Below, in pieces: positions 8,635 to 18,052 of a stretch of 64,000 nucleotides of DNA. The stretch is from the IMG/VR virus record IMGVR_UViG_3300005289_000016, positions 62,001-126,000 of that record. One strand, written 5' to 3'. The position numbers and the translations under genes were made by a program. Positions within the stretch are counted from its first letter, which is position 1. Each line of letters starts with the position of its first letter. The notes below the pieces were generated by a model that saw only the letters and a program-made list of their open reading frames with translations, made no database searches and was not told where the DNA came from.

Positions 8635-10869
8635 ATGTTCAACGACAGTACCCCGTCCGTGCAAGAGCAGTTGGCCCGGCTCTACGCGCAGCAAGAATGG
8701 CACAATCCAGTCGAGCTGCACCCTGAGCTGATGTCGCTGTACGGACTCAACCCATTTATCCGGCACATCTCCGCTAGCCGAGCGGCGATGTTTACTGGTA
8801 ACTTGGCGCAAATGGTGGTTATCAAGAACCCCATGCGCAAACGCATCCGTTCTGGGATGGAGCGCCCATTTGGCGAAGCCACGTTCTCTATTGAGTTCGC
8901 TGACGACGTCGAGGTGCTCGAGATCATCCCACGCTTTGGCCATACGGCAGGCGCTAACCGCATCCGTCACTCGCCTCAAACGGCAGTCATCTACGAGAAC
9001 CTTCGCACGAAGGAACTTGGCGTGACCATGTTGACGGACTACCATGTCACTCACCAGCACTTCGGCACCGAGTTCAAGCGCAACCGTGATGCGCTGGACA
9101 AGATGCGTAAAGGTGTCCGGTTCAAGAAAGGAACCCGACTGGCGCACAGCCCGTTGATCGACGAACACAAGAACTACATGTACGGCCGCGAGACTAACGT
9201 GCTCATGGCGTCCGACGTGGCAGGGACTGAAGACGGCGTGAAGGCGCGCAGAGGCTATCTGGCCGCGCTGGCTCCCACAGGATTTGAGACCCGCGTGTTC
9301 GAATTCGGGCGAGAGTTCTTCCCAACCAACCAATCGACCGTTCCCGGCATCTACAAGATCATGCCGGACCTGGGCGAGAAAGTAAGCAGTACCGGACTGC
9401 TGGTGGCACTGCGCCGCTACGATCCGATCAGTGCCGTGGCAAACATGACTGTCGACGCACTGATGCAGCCGGACTACATCTTTGACCGCAAGCGCTTCGT
9501 GCAACATATCGATGCCGAAGTGGTGGACATCCGAGTTGAGCGTAACACCTCGATCCCGATCCCGCCGTTGCCTGTGGGCATGGACGAGCAGTTGCTCAAG
9601 TATTACAACGCCGATACCGAGTTCTACAAGAAGATCGTAGACTTCTGGACCGAGCGTCGTAAGGATGCTCGCCGCCGTGGGTATCAAGAGCTGCCGATGG
9701 AACCAGAGCTGAGCCATCTGGTGTTCGAGGCCATTGGCCGCGTGACGCCGGACTACATCCGCCCTGACGGTGGCTTCAACAAGAAGTACGATGACAACGG
9801 CAAGGTCGACAAGGTCTACCGTGGGCTGAAGTTGGATGCTTGGCGGGTAGAGATTACCTTCAAGTACCTCTCGGTACCCAACAAAGGCTATAAGATCACC
9901 GACATCAACGGGAACAAGTCGGTAGTCGTTGAAGTAGTAGATGACGAAGACATGCCGGTCGATGAGAACGGTATCGTTGCGGACATCGTGGTTGACCCGA
10001 ACAGCCGCTGGAACCGGGTAACTCCGGCCTCCCCGATCGAGATGATCATCTCCGGGGCAGCGCGTGACTTGGGTAAACGGATTCAGGCATCGTTCGGCTT
10101 CCCGCTGAATGACCAGATCTCTGAGGAAGAAGCCACAGACGTGGTGTACGCCCCAGAGAACCGTGACTTGGTAGATGCAGCCTTTAATGAGCTGCTGGAG
10201 TTCTACAAGGTTGTGGTGCCGTTCCACTGGCAAGACCTGACTGACCCCGAGTACCACCGGTTCAATCCGGAGTACAAGTACTCGCAAGTGGCCGCGGTAA
10301 TCTACGACCACATGTTCGGGCTCGACATGGAAATGCCGACCAACAACCCGATCCACATGCCGGACGTGATCCGTACCATCAAGGAGCGCTGGCCGCCGTT
10401 CATTACGCCGGTGCGTTTCCGTGGTCGTGATGGCAACATGAAGGTTTCTCGTGAACCGATGTTGATTGCCCCGTCCTATTACATCAACCTGGAAAAGACC
10501 GCAGAAGACTCGTGGATGGCGGCATCGTCTGCGAAGTGCAACGTCTTCGGTACAACTGCGCGTCTGAGCAACAATGACAAGTACGACTCTCCCGGTCGTC
10601 AGTCGTCTATCCGTGTCGGTGAGTCTGAGTTCCGGTCCGAAGCTGCCGTGTGCGGCGGTGAAGCGATCGCAGATCAGAAGGATGCGTCCAACAACCCAAT
10701 CGCGCACAAGTTCGTGCTGCGGCGGTTGTTGACCCACCCTACACCCACAAACGTCGAAGAAGTACTCGACCGTGCCGTGGTGCCTGTTGGGGGACATCGA
10801 CCGTTGGCCTACATGCGCAACATGTTCGAATGCTCCGGCAAGCAACTCACCAACGAATACGCGGAGTAA
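8635..10869 (+). CDS. rpoB: Non-virion RNA polymerase beta subunit, C-terminal part (phiKZ gp71-73-like), uninterrupted
   Basis: RAAMFTGNLAQ, EDG, GYKITDINGNKSVV, DMPVDENG..DIVVDPNS and YINLEK correspond to conserved beta motifs. Confidence 0.85.
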   Translation: MFNDSTPSVQEQLARLYAQQEWHNPVELHPELMSLYGLNPFIRHISASRAAMFTGNLAQMVVIKNPMRKRIRSGMERPFGEATFSIEFADDVEVLEIIPRFGHTAGANRIRHSPQTAVIYENLRTKELGVTMLTDYHVTHQHFGTEFKRNRDALDKMRKGVRFKKGTRLAHSPLIDEHKNYMYGRETNVLMASDVAGTEDGVKARRGYLAALAPTGFETRVFEFGREFFPTNQSTVPGIYKIMPDLGEKVSSTGLLVALRRYDPISAVANMTVDALMQPDYIFDRKRFVQHIDAEVVDIRVERNTSIPIPPLPVGMDEQLLKYYNADTEFYKKIVDFWTERRKDARRRGYQELPMEPELSHLVFEAIGRVTPDYIRPDGGFNKKYDDNGKVDKVYRGLKLDAWRVEITFKYLSVPNKGYKITDINGNKSVVVEVVDDEDMPVDENGIVADIVVDPNSRWNRVTPASPIEMIISGAARDLGKRIQASFGFPLNDQISEEEATDVVYAPENRDLVDAAFNELLEFYKVVVPFHWQDLTDPEYHRFNPEYKYSQVAAVIYDHMFGLDMEMPTNNPIHMPDVIRTIKERWPPFITPVRFRGRDGNMKVSREPMLIAPSYYINLEKTAEDSWMAASSAKCNVFGTTARLSNNDKYDSPGRQSSIRVGESEFRSEAAVCGGEAIADQKDASNNPIAHKFVLRRLLTHPTPTNVEEVLDRAVVPVGGHRPLAYMRNMFECSGKQLTNEYAE

Positions 10870-10872
10870 GCA

Positions 10873-12975
10873 ATGCGTCGAATCAAAGCACGTGAGTTCA
10901 TGAACCGCGACATCGTCGCGGAGTGGCCACTGGACGATGAGCGGCTGGAGATTGAGTTCGACGACGGTATCCTTGAGACCACCACTCGCCGGACTGCGTT
11001 GAGCTGGTTCTGCTGGGAGTTGCACCGTCAGTTCCCACGCACCCCGCTGAACATGAACCACCACATTGGTAATGCGTTCCCAAGTGCCGACATGGTACCG
11101 AAGACGCTGTCCAACATCGTTCGGTCGCTGCACTACACCTACTTCACCCCTGGCATTGAAATGGCCAACCACGACCTGTGCTACGACCGGGAGGACGTGT
11201 GGCGTGTGGTCAAAGATGTAGGCAACGAAATCTACAACGTGTTGTCGATCAACCTCGAAGAGTGGCATGTGCACATCAACGGCTTCCACTTGCTGGAGCT
11301 GTACGATTACCCACCGCTGGTGGCGATCCGTGGCACGCTGCAAGAGAACCAGCTATCCATCAGTAACGCGATGGATAAGACAGCCGAAGTCTTGATGAAA
11401 GACCCGGCTATTCTGCACAACCCAATCGTGCGGGGCCTGCGTTCCAAGCAGATCAAGATGGGCCAGTTCATGCAGATCATCCTCTGCTTGGGCTACCGGA
11501 CTGACCTCGACCAGGTGATCTTCCGTAAACCGATCACGGTGGGCTTCTTCGAAGGCCTGACCAAGATGCACGACATCATGATCGAGTCGTGCTCCGCGAA
11601 GAAGGCTTTACTGTTTACCAAGAAGCCCCTGCGGATCGTTGAGTACTTCAACCGGAAAATGCAGCTGTCCACTACTGTTGTGGATAAGCTCATCTGGAAC
11701 GACTGTGGCTCGGATGAATACGCCGAGATCGTAGTCGACTCCAGCCTCTGGTCTCACCTCGACGGTAAGTTCTTCTTGAACGAGAAGACCAACAAGCTCA
11801 CCCCAATCCATGCCGATAACACGGCACAGATGAAGGCGCTGAAGGGTCAGACCATCAAGATGCGGTCTGGCATGTTCTGTCGTTACCGCGGCAATGGTGA
11901 AGTCTGCCATGTCTGCTTCGGCGAACTGGCTTGGTCCATCCCTCGGGAAACCAGTCTGGGCCACGTGTGTGCTACTGAACTGTGCCGGGAAGGTTCCCAG
12001 CGAACGCTGTCCGTGAAACACTTGGACGGCTCGTCGGTGGTGGAAGAGATCGTGATTGCGGAGGAACACTTGCCGTACATCGACGTCTGTGCCAGCGACC
12101 CGGCCATGAACGACAACGCAGATGTGGAAGTGATGTCGAACGTCACGGAAGAAGCACTGGGCGAAGCAATTCCTCAGACTGCCCGTGAATCGTCGTTGCT
12201 GAAGTTCAACCCACGTCTGAAGAAGATGAAGCCAATTCTGATCCTTCAGGCATCTGCGGACAAGAACACCGACAACGGGACCGAGCTGGCAGGTATCAAC
12301 AAAGATACCGTCATCGAACGTCTGAACATCCACCGCTTCACTGCCTTCCGGGAAGTGCAGATCCGGACCACCAACTTGCGGGAAGAAACCCACGATGCTT
12401 GGATTCCGGTTTGCCAAGGTGCACGTCTGGGCTCGCTGTCGCGGCTCATGCTGTACTACATCCAGGAACACGGGTACACCATCAACGAGAACGGTGACTT
12501 CTGCATCGACCTGAGCGATTGGGACTTCGGTGCACCGGCGTTCTCCCTGCCACGCCGCCATGCCAGTACGCTGGACTTCATGGCAGCAGTTGAGGCCTTC
12601 ATCCGATCTCCGGCGAAGAAGTCGGAACGGAATGGGTTCTCGGGCAAGATGCTGACCAGCTACACGGACCCCGTGGCAGCCTTGTTGGACTTCAGTGACT
12701 TGGTGAACTCGCAGCTGCGGGTATCCATCAGCCACCTTGAAGTGATCCTGCTGTCGCTCATGCGCCCAGCCGATGACCCGGACGACTACTGCCTGCCACC
12801 GTTTGGCCGGCCAACGAAGTTCGAGGAACACCGGACCCTGATGCAGTACCGCTCCGGCGGACAGCAACTGGCGTACGAGCGTCAACCGGACATGATCGAA
12901 GACCCAGACAGCTACTTGATTACCAAGCGGCCTGCTGGACTCCTCGATCCGTTCGTGTTCCCAGAAGTGATCTGA
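10873..12975 (+). CDS. rpoC: Non-virion RNA polymerase beta' subunit, C-terminal part (phiKZ gp74-like)
   Basis: GFFEGL, Zn-site CRYRGNGEVCHVCFG, trigger-loop-like EGSQRTLSVKH. Confidence 0.85.
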   Translation: MRRIKAREFMNRDIVAEWPLDDERLEIEFDDGILETTTRRTALSWFCWELHRQFPRTPLNMNHHIGNAFPSADMVPKTLSNIVRSLHYTYFTPGIEMANHDLCYDREDVWRVVKDVGNEIYNVLSINLEEWHVHINGFHLLELYDYPPLVAIRGTLQENQLSISNAMDKTAEVLMKDPAILHNPIVRGLRSKQIKMGQFMQIILCLGYRTDLDQVIFRKPITVGFFEGLTKMHDIMIESCSAKKALLFTKKPLRIVEYFNRKMQLSTTVVDKLIWNDCGSDEYAEIVVDSSLWSHLDGKFFLNEKTNKLTPIHADNTAQMKALKGQTIKMRSGMFCRYRGNGEVCHVCFGELAWSIPRETSLGHVCATELCREGSQRTLSVKHLDGSSVVEEIVIAEEHLPYIDVCASDPAMNDNADVEVMSNVTEEALGEAIPQTARESSLLKFNPRLKKMKPILILQASADKNTDNGTELAGINKDTVIERLNIHRFTAFREVQIRTTNLREETHDAWIPVCQGARLGSLSRLMLYYIQEHGYTINENGDFCIDLSDWDFGAPAFSLPRRHASTLDFMAAVEAFIRSPAKKSERNGFSGKMLTSYTDPVAALLDFSDLVNSQLRVSISHLEVILLSLMRPADDPDDYCLPPFGRPTKFEEHRTLMQYRSGGQQLAYERQPDMIEDPDSYLITKRPAGLLDPFVFPEVI

Positions 12976-12980
12976 CCATT

Positions 12981-13011
12981 AGAGGAGCCTTCGGGCTCCT
13001 CTTCTTATTTT
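12981..13011 (+). terminator. Rho-independent terminator
   Basis: AGAGGAGCC-TTCG-GGCTCCTCT plus a T-rich tail. Confidence 0.85.
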
Positions 13012-13017
13012 GTTTGA

Positions 13018-13052
13018 TGGACCTCCGTGGACGTCTATGGACGTTGGTGGAC
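13018..13052. repeat. Four TGGAC direct repeats at an exact 10-bp period
   Basis: TGGAC at 13018, 13028, 13038 and 13048. Confidence 0.85.
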
Positions 13053-13117
13053 AGTTTTTAATCATCTAAATGAGGTTTGTTATGTAACAGTCGTATGCCG
13101 CCAGTTAGGGATGTCCC

Positions 13118-14674
13118 ATGAAAATCGATGTCTATAGTCACGGTTTGAGGGTTACGGATGTAATCAACGACCGTGATCTCCAGGCGATGTTGGCGTTTTG
13201 CAGGCCCCTGATCGAGATGGGATATGAGAAGCAGGGCAGGCGATTCGTCCCCAAAGGCCTCCGTACATTTGCCTCCGCTACACGGAATCGAAAAGAGTTC
13301 TACTTCCACCGGAACCAACTCGATGCCCTGAAGCGCCACCTTTTCGGGAATCTGGGCTACGCGCAGCATCTGGTTCCAATCACTCACCACGTCGTTGCCA
13401 AGGACATCTTGCCCAAGGTAGAGTTCGACGTCCGTAAGATGTTCCCACCGCGTGAGCGCCAAGTCGGGATCATCGAATACGTCCTTGATGACCAGAACCC
13501 CAAGTGGGACCCGATCATCAAGATGGTTACATTGCAGACAGGCGGCGGTAAGACCTACGTTGCCCAGTACTGCATGAACAAGCTGCAACTGCGTACGGCT
13601 ATTCACTTTAAAGGCGGTTACGTCTCACGGTGGAAGGATGACCTTGAAGAGACGTTCAAGTTCAAGCGCGGTGAGTTCCTGATTGTCCGTGGTGGTAAGG
13701 ACATGATTGCCCTTCAGCAAATGGCGCTGGACGGTGATCTAGACAAGCTGAAAGTCGTGATCATCACGGCTGCTACCATGCGCGACTACATCAAGAACTA
13801 CGAGGAGTCCAACGGTAACAGCAAGCTGTACCCGATCAAGCCTATCGACTTCTACCCGAAGACCGGTATTGGCTTCCGGGTCACGGACGAACTGCACCAA
13901 GAGTTCCACAACAACTACCGCATCGACCTGTACACTCACACGTACAAGACGCTGGGCCTGTCCGCTACCATGGTCAGCTCGGATGCGTTCAAGAACCGGA
14001 TGTACGACATTGGCTACCCGACGTCTCAGCGACACGACGGTGGCGGTTACAACGTCTACATCGGTGTGACAGCGATCCTCTACCACATGGACCCGGATGT
14101 TCGGATCAAGTTCATGGGGGCTCAGGGTTACTCGCACACCACGTTCGAAGAATCCGTCATGCGGCATAAAGGGCTCCTGAAGTCCTACCTCAAGATCATT
14201 GACCACGCGATCTACAATCGCTTCGTGTCGGTGCGTGAGGAAGGACAGAAGGCACTGGTGTTCTTTGCCCGTGTAGACCTCTGTACGCTCATGGTAGAAC
14301 GTCTGAAGAAGATGTACCCAGAACTGAACGTCGTTCGGTACGTGGGCTCTGAAGGCGACTCCTACGATGAATTGCTGGAAGCCGACATCGGCGTGACCAC
14401 CATTGGTTCTGGTGGTACCGCGATCGACATCAAGAACCTGCGTTGCTCGTTCATGTCGACGGCTATCGATTCGCGTCAATCCAACGAACAGGTACTGGGT
14501 CGTACCCGCCCCCTGATCGGCTGGCCAGACGTGACACCTGAGTTCATTTACTTCGGGTGCCTCGAGATCGAACAGCATTGTAAATACCACCGTAACAAAA
14601 TCGAGTTCTTCAAGGGCAAAGTTGTTTCGCACATGGAAGTCATGTCGAAATACGTCCTGACACTCGCTGGGTGA
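13118..14674 (+). CDS. Superfamily 2 DNA helicase (phiKZ gp75-like)
   Basis: Walker A LQTGGGKT, DELH, GLSAT, motif VI QVLGRTR. Confidence 0.9.
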   Translation: MKIDVYSHGLRVTDVINDRDLQAMLAFCRPLIEMGYEKQGRRFVPKGLRTFASATRNRKEFYFHRNQLDALKRHLFGNLGYAQHLVPITHHVVAKDILPKVEFDVRKMFPPRERQVGIIEYVLDDQNPKWDPIIKMVTLQTGGGKTYVAQYCMNKLQLRTAIHFKGGYVSRWKDDLEETFKFKRGEFLIVRGGKDMIALQQMALDGDLDKLKVVIITAATMRDYIKNYEESNGNSKLYPIKPIDFYPKTGIGFRVTDELHQEFHNNYRIDLYTHTYKTLGLSATMVSSDAFKNRMYDIGYPTSQRHDGGGYNVYIGVTAILYHMDPDVRIKFMGAQGYSHTTFEESVMRHKGLLKSYLKIIDHAIYNRFVSVREEGQKALVFFARVDLCTLMVERLKKMYPELNVVRYVGSEGDSYDELLEADIGVTTIGSGGTAIDIKNLRCSFMSTAIDSRQSNEQVLGRTRPLIGWPDVTPEFIYFGCLEIEQHCKYHRNKIEFFKGKVVSHMEVMSKYVLTLAG

Positions 14675-14698
14675 GAGGGAGGGCTTCGGCCCTCCCCT
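14675..14698 (+). terminator. Hairpin/terminator followed by TATGCCG
   Basis: GAGGGAGGGC-TTCG-GCCCTCCCCT, then TATG at 14699. Confidence 0.7.
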
Positions 14699-14763
14699 TA
14701 TGCCGCCTGTCAAAGAAAATGAACTCTGTCTATTATCTGAACGCACCACACCGAGACCTCACC

Positions 14764-15453
14764 ATGGATAACAACATCGTAGATTTCACTACTCGTTTCC
14801 AGCTAAAGAAAGAACTGGCTGAGAAGCCTGTACCGCTGGAAGGCTACCAGTTACCTAACAGCGAGATTCTGATGGACCCGAGCCTCAAGCTCAACGTCCT
14901 GCTCCAGCACACCGCTGATAAGTTTCTTGATGGCGATATGGATGCCTACAAGATCCATCGCCTGTTGTCACTCATGGAGCACGTCTACGCAGGGTTCGTT
15001 CCCACGTTCGACCTCAAGACTTCCATGGTCATCCGTAAGCTCCCGACCGAAACCTCCCCGACAGACTTCTCGGTCTATTCGTGGGGCATTGCCATGGACC
15101 GCATGATCGGCAAAGATCACGAGCCAGCGACTTCATTCCGTCCCAGCTATCAACTCGAAGCGCAGCTGATCGAAGTCGATGAAGGCACCGTGACCAAAGT
15201 GGGCACCATTTACCCTGACGAGTGGATGGACTTCACCTTTGCGGAGGATGACATCATCACCGCTCGCACTCCGAAGCATTTCATCCGCCGAATGAACGAT
15301 CTGGTGAAGATCAATGGCGGTAAAGGCATCGTCACTTCCGATGGTGGTTATCTCGTGGCGTTGCCTTATGGTGGACGTCTTGCGTACATGATCGCTCTTG
15401 TGCTCGAGAGCCCAATCGTACTGCTCCCTCCAGACCAACGCAAACCATTGTAA
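14764..15453 (+). CDS. Hypothetical protein
   Basis: ORF with phage-like codon usage. ATG 14764 preferred over the track start, which overlaps the terminator. Confidence 0.65.
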   Translation: MDNNIVDFTTRFQLKKELAEKPVPLEGYQLPNSEILMDPSLKLNVLLQHTADKFLDGDMDAYKIHRLLSLMEHVYAGFVPTFDLKTSMVIRKLPTETSPTDFSVYSWGIAMDRMIGKDHEPATSFRPSYQLEAQLIEVDEGTVTKVGTIYPDEWMDFTFAEDDIITARTPKHFIRRMNDLVKINGGKGIVTSDGGYLVALPYGGRLAYMIALVLESPIVLLPPDQRKPL

Positions 15454-15462
15454 GGACGTTCC

Positions 15463-15951
15463 ATGGCTATTCCAGAGTACGCTGATAAACGTGCCCACAA
15501 GCACTTCACACGCGGTTTCGTCGGTAGTCGGCACGGTGACAACGGTACGCAGTACAGCACGTCGTGGGACGCCTTGAGCGAAGCCGTACCTACGACTTAC
15601 CACGTCTACGACAACGGTCACGGTCGTGTCTGTGTCTACTGTGGCAATCGTCCATTTCCCATCCAAGACCACGTAGGCGGAGCAGTCCTTGACCATGCTT
15701 GTGTCTGCGCTGATGCAATGGATGAAGTGGAATGGAAGAAGGAGTTCAACGCCCTGCTAATGAAGCAGAACCGGGAACGTGAAGAGCTGCGTAAGAAGGC
15801 TCCGAAGACTAACCCGGAAGTGTTGACCAAACTCGTCAGTCGTGTGTCTGCCAAGATCGTTGAAGAAGTCGAGCGTGGCTGGGGCCACTCCGAACTCAAG
15901 CGACTTGGCGTAAACTTCGCCGCTCCCTGTGATCAATTCGATAAGGACTAA
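15463..15951 (+). CDS. Hypothetical protein with possible Zn-binding Cys motifs
   Basis: AAGGA RBS; CVYCG and ACVC motifs; C-terminal coiled coil. Confidence 0.7.
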   Translation: MAIPEYADKRAHKHFTRGFVGSRHGDNGTQYSTSWDALSEAVPTTYHVYDNGHGRVCVYCGNRPFPIQDHVGGAVLDHACVCADAMDEVEWKKEFNALLMKQNREREELRKKAPKTNPEVLTKLVSRVSAKIVEEVERGWGHSELKRLGVNFAAPCDQFDKD

Positions 15952-15953
15952 CC

Positions 15954-16949
15954 ATGCTCCCTAGCAACGAGAACATCGTCTACCACATGGCCGAACAGTT
16001 GGCTGCTAACCTCATGAATAACAATGTGGGGCACGCATACCCGCAACTGGTGCCTGTGCTCCAGACCATGGGCTTCGACCTGCGTAACGTCTTTTCCCAG
16101 CTGCTGGGAGCGCAACGTCAGGAGCTGTTCTTCGGTGAGGCACCGTGGGCCAAGCTGTACGAACTCCAGACCGGCAGAACGATTTGCGTGCCGGATCGCA
16201 CCATCCTCAAGAACCTCTGCCCAGAGCGTGGCTCGATGGTCGGTGACCGTCCTTGGGAGGAGATCCTCAAGTATTTCCTGGCTGGCTGGGAGAACCCTGA
16301 GGGCGATGAGGAGTGGCACTTCTTCCTCGGTGGACCGACGGACTACGACAACCAGGTCGTCATCAATTTCAAGAATATGTGCGCTACGTACTACTGGGCC
16401 AACAACGACATGTGCCTGACGCTGCCGGTGTTCTCTCACAGTCGTGGTCAGTTGACCTGCCCACTGTTCCATGAGCCGTATGACGTGGATGTCGAGTACC
16501 CTTACATTCAGCGTACACTACTCGATCAATTGATGGCGGGTATGTTGACGATCTGGGACAAGGCCAACCTCGACCCTGTCGACAGTGATCTACTCGTTCA
16601 TCAGTGCTATTACGGCATTGATGGTAAGGAAGTGAAGGACGAAGACAACGTCAAGCAACTGGCCGTGTTGTTCAATGGCAACATGTACAGCAAGTACGGT
16701 AAGGCGTACGGGTACGTGGATTGGAACGGCTACCGTCTTCAGTTCTCTACCAAGCGCGATTGGAACAGCGATCCGTCCATCGTTCTGAAGGTGGCGGTCA
16801 TGCATCCAATTGACGACAAGAACCCCCACGATCGTTCTGTTTACAACTGGCACAAGAACCCATTGTTGGTAGCGGACCTGCGGGCGGACATGGACACGAT
16901 CCTGGATCAGTTGATCACGCAGCATGAACTCTCGATGAAGGAACAGTAA
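15954..16949 (+). CDS. Hypothetical protein, 331 aa
   Basis: AAGGA RBS; operon-coupled; ends at a terminator. Confidence 0.7.
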   Translation: MLPSNENIVYHMAEQLAANLMNNNVGHAYPQLVPVLQTMGFDLRNVFSQLLGAQRQELFFGEAPWAKLYELQTGRTICVPDRTILKNLCPERGSMVGDRPWEEILKYFLAGWENPEGDEEWHFFLGGPTDYDNQVVINFKNMCATYYWANNDMCLTLPVFSHSRGQLTCPLFHEPYDVDVEYPYIQRTLLDQLMAGMLTIWDKANLDPVDSDLLVHQCYYGIDGKEVKDEDNVKQLAVLFNGNMYSKYGKAYGYVDWNGYRLQFSTKRDWNSDPSIVLKVAVMHPIDDKNPHDRSVYNWHKNPLLVADLRADMDTILDQLITQHELSMKEQ

Positions 16950-16955
16950 TAAGGC

Positions 16956-16983
16956 GAGGGCTCCGGCCCTCCCTTTCTTTTTT
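16956..16983 (+). terminator. Rho-independent terminator
   Basis: GAGGGC-TCCG-GCCCTC plus a long T tract. Confidence 0.8.
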
Positions 16984-16985
16984 GA

Positions 16986-17012
16986 TTCCAAGAATCTGAA
17001 ACCCTACATTGT
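16986..17012 (+). promoter_or_regulatory. Putative phage early promoter TTCCA-N14-TACATTGT
   Basis: Variant of the recurrent motif with the same spacing. Confidence 0.6.
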
Positions 17013-17045
17013 AATGATGAGACAACCAATAACCAAGGAGTCACC

Positions 17046-17639
17046 ATGGGCATTGCCGAGCAGCGTATCCAAATCGTTAATGCGTTTGAAGATAAATGGC
17101 AGATCAATGATGCTGCGCATCGAGCCAATCACTTCGAAGCGGTGTTTCAGTGTGCGTTGAAGATCAGTGAACGGTTAGGGATCAATTACGATCACAAGCC
17201 GATGCTGTTCACTGCGTACTTCCATGATCTGTTTGCATGGAGTCGATTCAATCACCATGAGTTGAGTTTCCATTGGATGATGACTACGGATCATCCGGTG
17301 ATCTGTGATAACTTGAAGCCAGCGGAAATGATGCTGGTGGCGTGGGCGTGTCATCAACATCGGGCATCATTCAAAGGCAAGTTCAAGTATGAGTTCTGTG
17401 AGTTGATGAACTCTGCTGATCGGGAAGAGCCGGGTGATGTGGGTCGGATGTTGGAACGGGCGATCATGTATCGGGTCGGGAATCATCCGGAACAATCGGA
17501 TGATGAGCGGTATGCTGAATCGGTGAAGCATCTGAAAGAGAAGTTCGGGAATGGCGGTTATGCACGCTATCCTGAAATGTATCTGAAGTGCTTCAAAGAA
17601 GAGCTGCAAAAGCAGCGTGATGAAATTGCGATGTTGTAA
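17046..17639 (+). CDS. HD-domain phosphohydrolase-like protein
   Basis: AHRANH...AYFHDL...HH...CHQHR...SAD pattern of HD superfamily metal ligands; AAGGAG RBS. Confidence 0.75.
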   Translation: MGIAEQRIQIVNAFEDKWQINDAAHRANHFEAVFQCALKISERLGINYDHKPMLFTAYFHDLFAWSRFNHHELSFHWMMTTDHPVICDNLKPAEMMLVAWACHQHRASFKGKFKYEFCELMNSADREEPGDVGRMLERAIMYRVGNHPEQSDDERYAESVKHLKEKFGNGGYARYPEMYLKCFKEELQKQRDEIAML

Positions 17640-17650
17640 GGGGAAAGTTA

Positions 17651-17989
17651 ATGAGTGCTTATGGATTCAGGACGTTGCACGTTTACGGCATCTCCGAAAA
17701 GCAGGGGATGGCACAGGTGCTGGCCAAGTGTGAGGAACTTGGCTTGCAAAACACAGGCATTCACACCTGTGCACCGAACGGAGGGCAGTATCTGTCTGTC
17801 CTTCCTCGGGACAGCAAGCTGGGCTGGCCTGAAGTCGAAGAGCAGCGTCTCAAACTCTACGAGGTGATGTCCGTGTGTCATCGCTATAACGAAGAGAGTG
17901 GATGCAGAGACCTGCACTTCACGCTGCTGTACAGTTACGAGCATGAACAATTGAACAAGTGGCAATCGATCATCGAAATTTCGATCTGA
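17651..17989 (+). CDS. Hypothetical protein, 112 aa
   Basis: AAGGGG RBS; ends at a terminator. Confidence 0.65.
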   Translation: MSAYGFRTLHVYGISEKQGMAQVLAKCEELGLQNTGIHTCAPNGGQYLSVLPRDSKLGWPEVEEQRLKLYEVMSVCHRYNEESGCRDLHFTLLYSYEHEQLNKWQSIIEISI

Positions 17990-17996
17990 CGGAATA

Positions 17997-18040
17997 GAGA
18001 CAGGAGCCCTAGGGCTCCTGTCTCCTTTCTTTTTTCTTTT
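17997..18040. terminator. Bidirectional terminator
   Basis: Perfect 28-bp palindrome GAGACAGGAGCCCTAGGGCTCCTGTCTC plus a T tract, between convergent genes. Confidence 0.85.
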
Positions 18041-18052
18041 GCCGCTAACGGA

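Noticed and set aside
8548-11343. 1044-aa antisense ORF, and similar long antisense ORFs (e.g. 3815..5164, 23544..25145, 49295..51061, 51162..52883, 54144..56051)
   Set aside because: They mirror real genes codon for codon. The strong C-ending codon bias removes stops from the antisense frame, and the products are rich in V/H/Q/D with no motifs or RBS.
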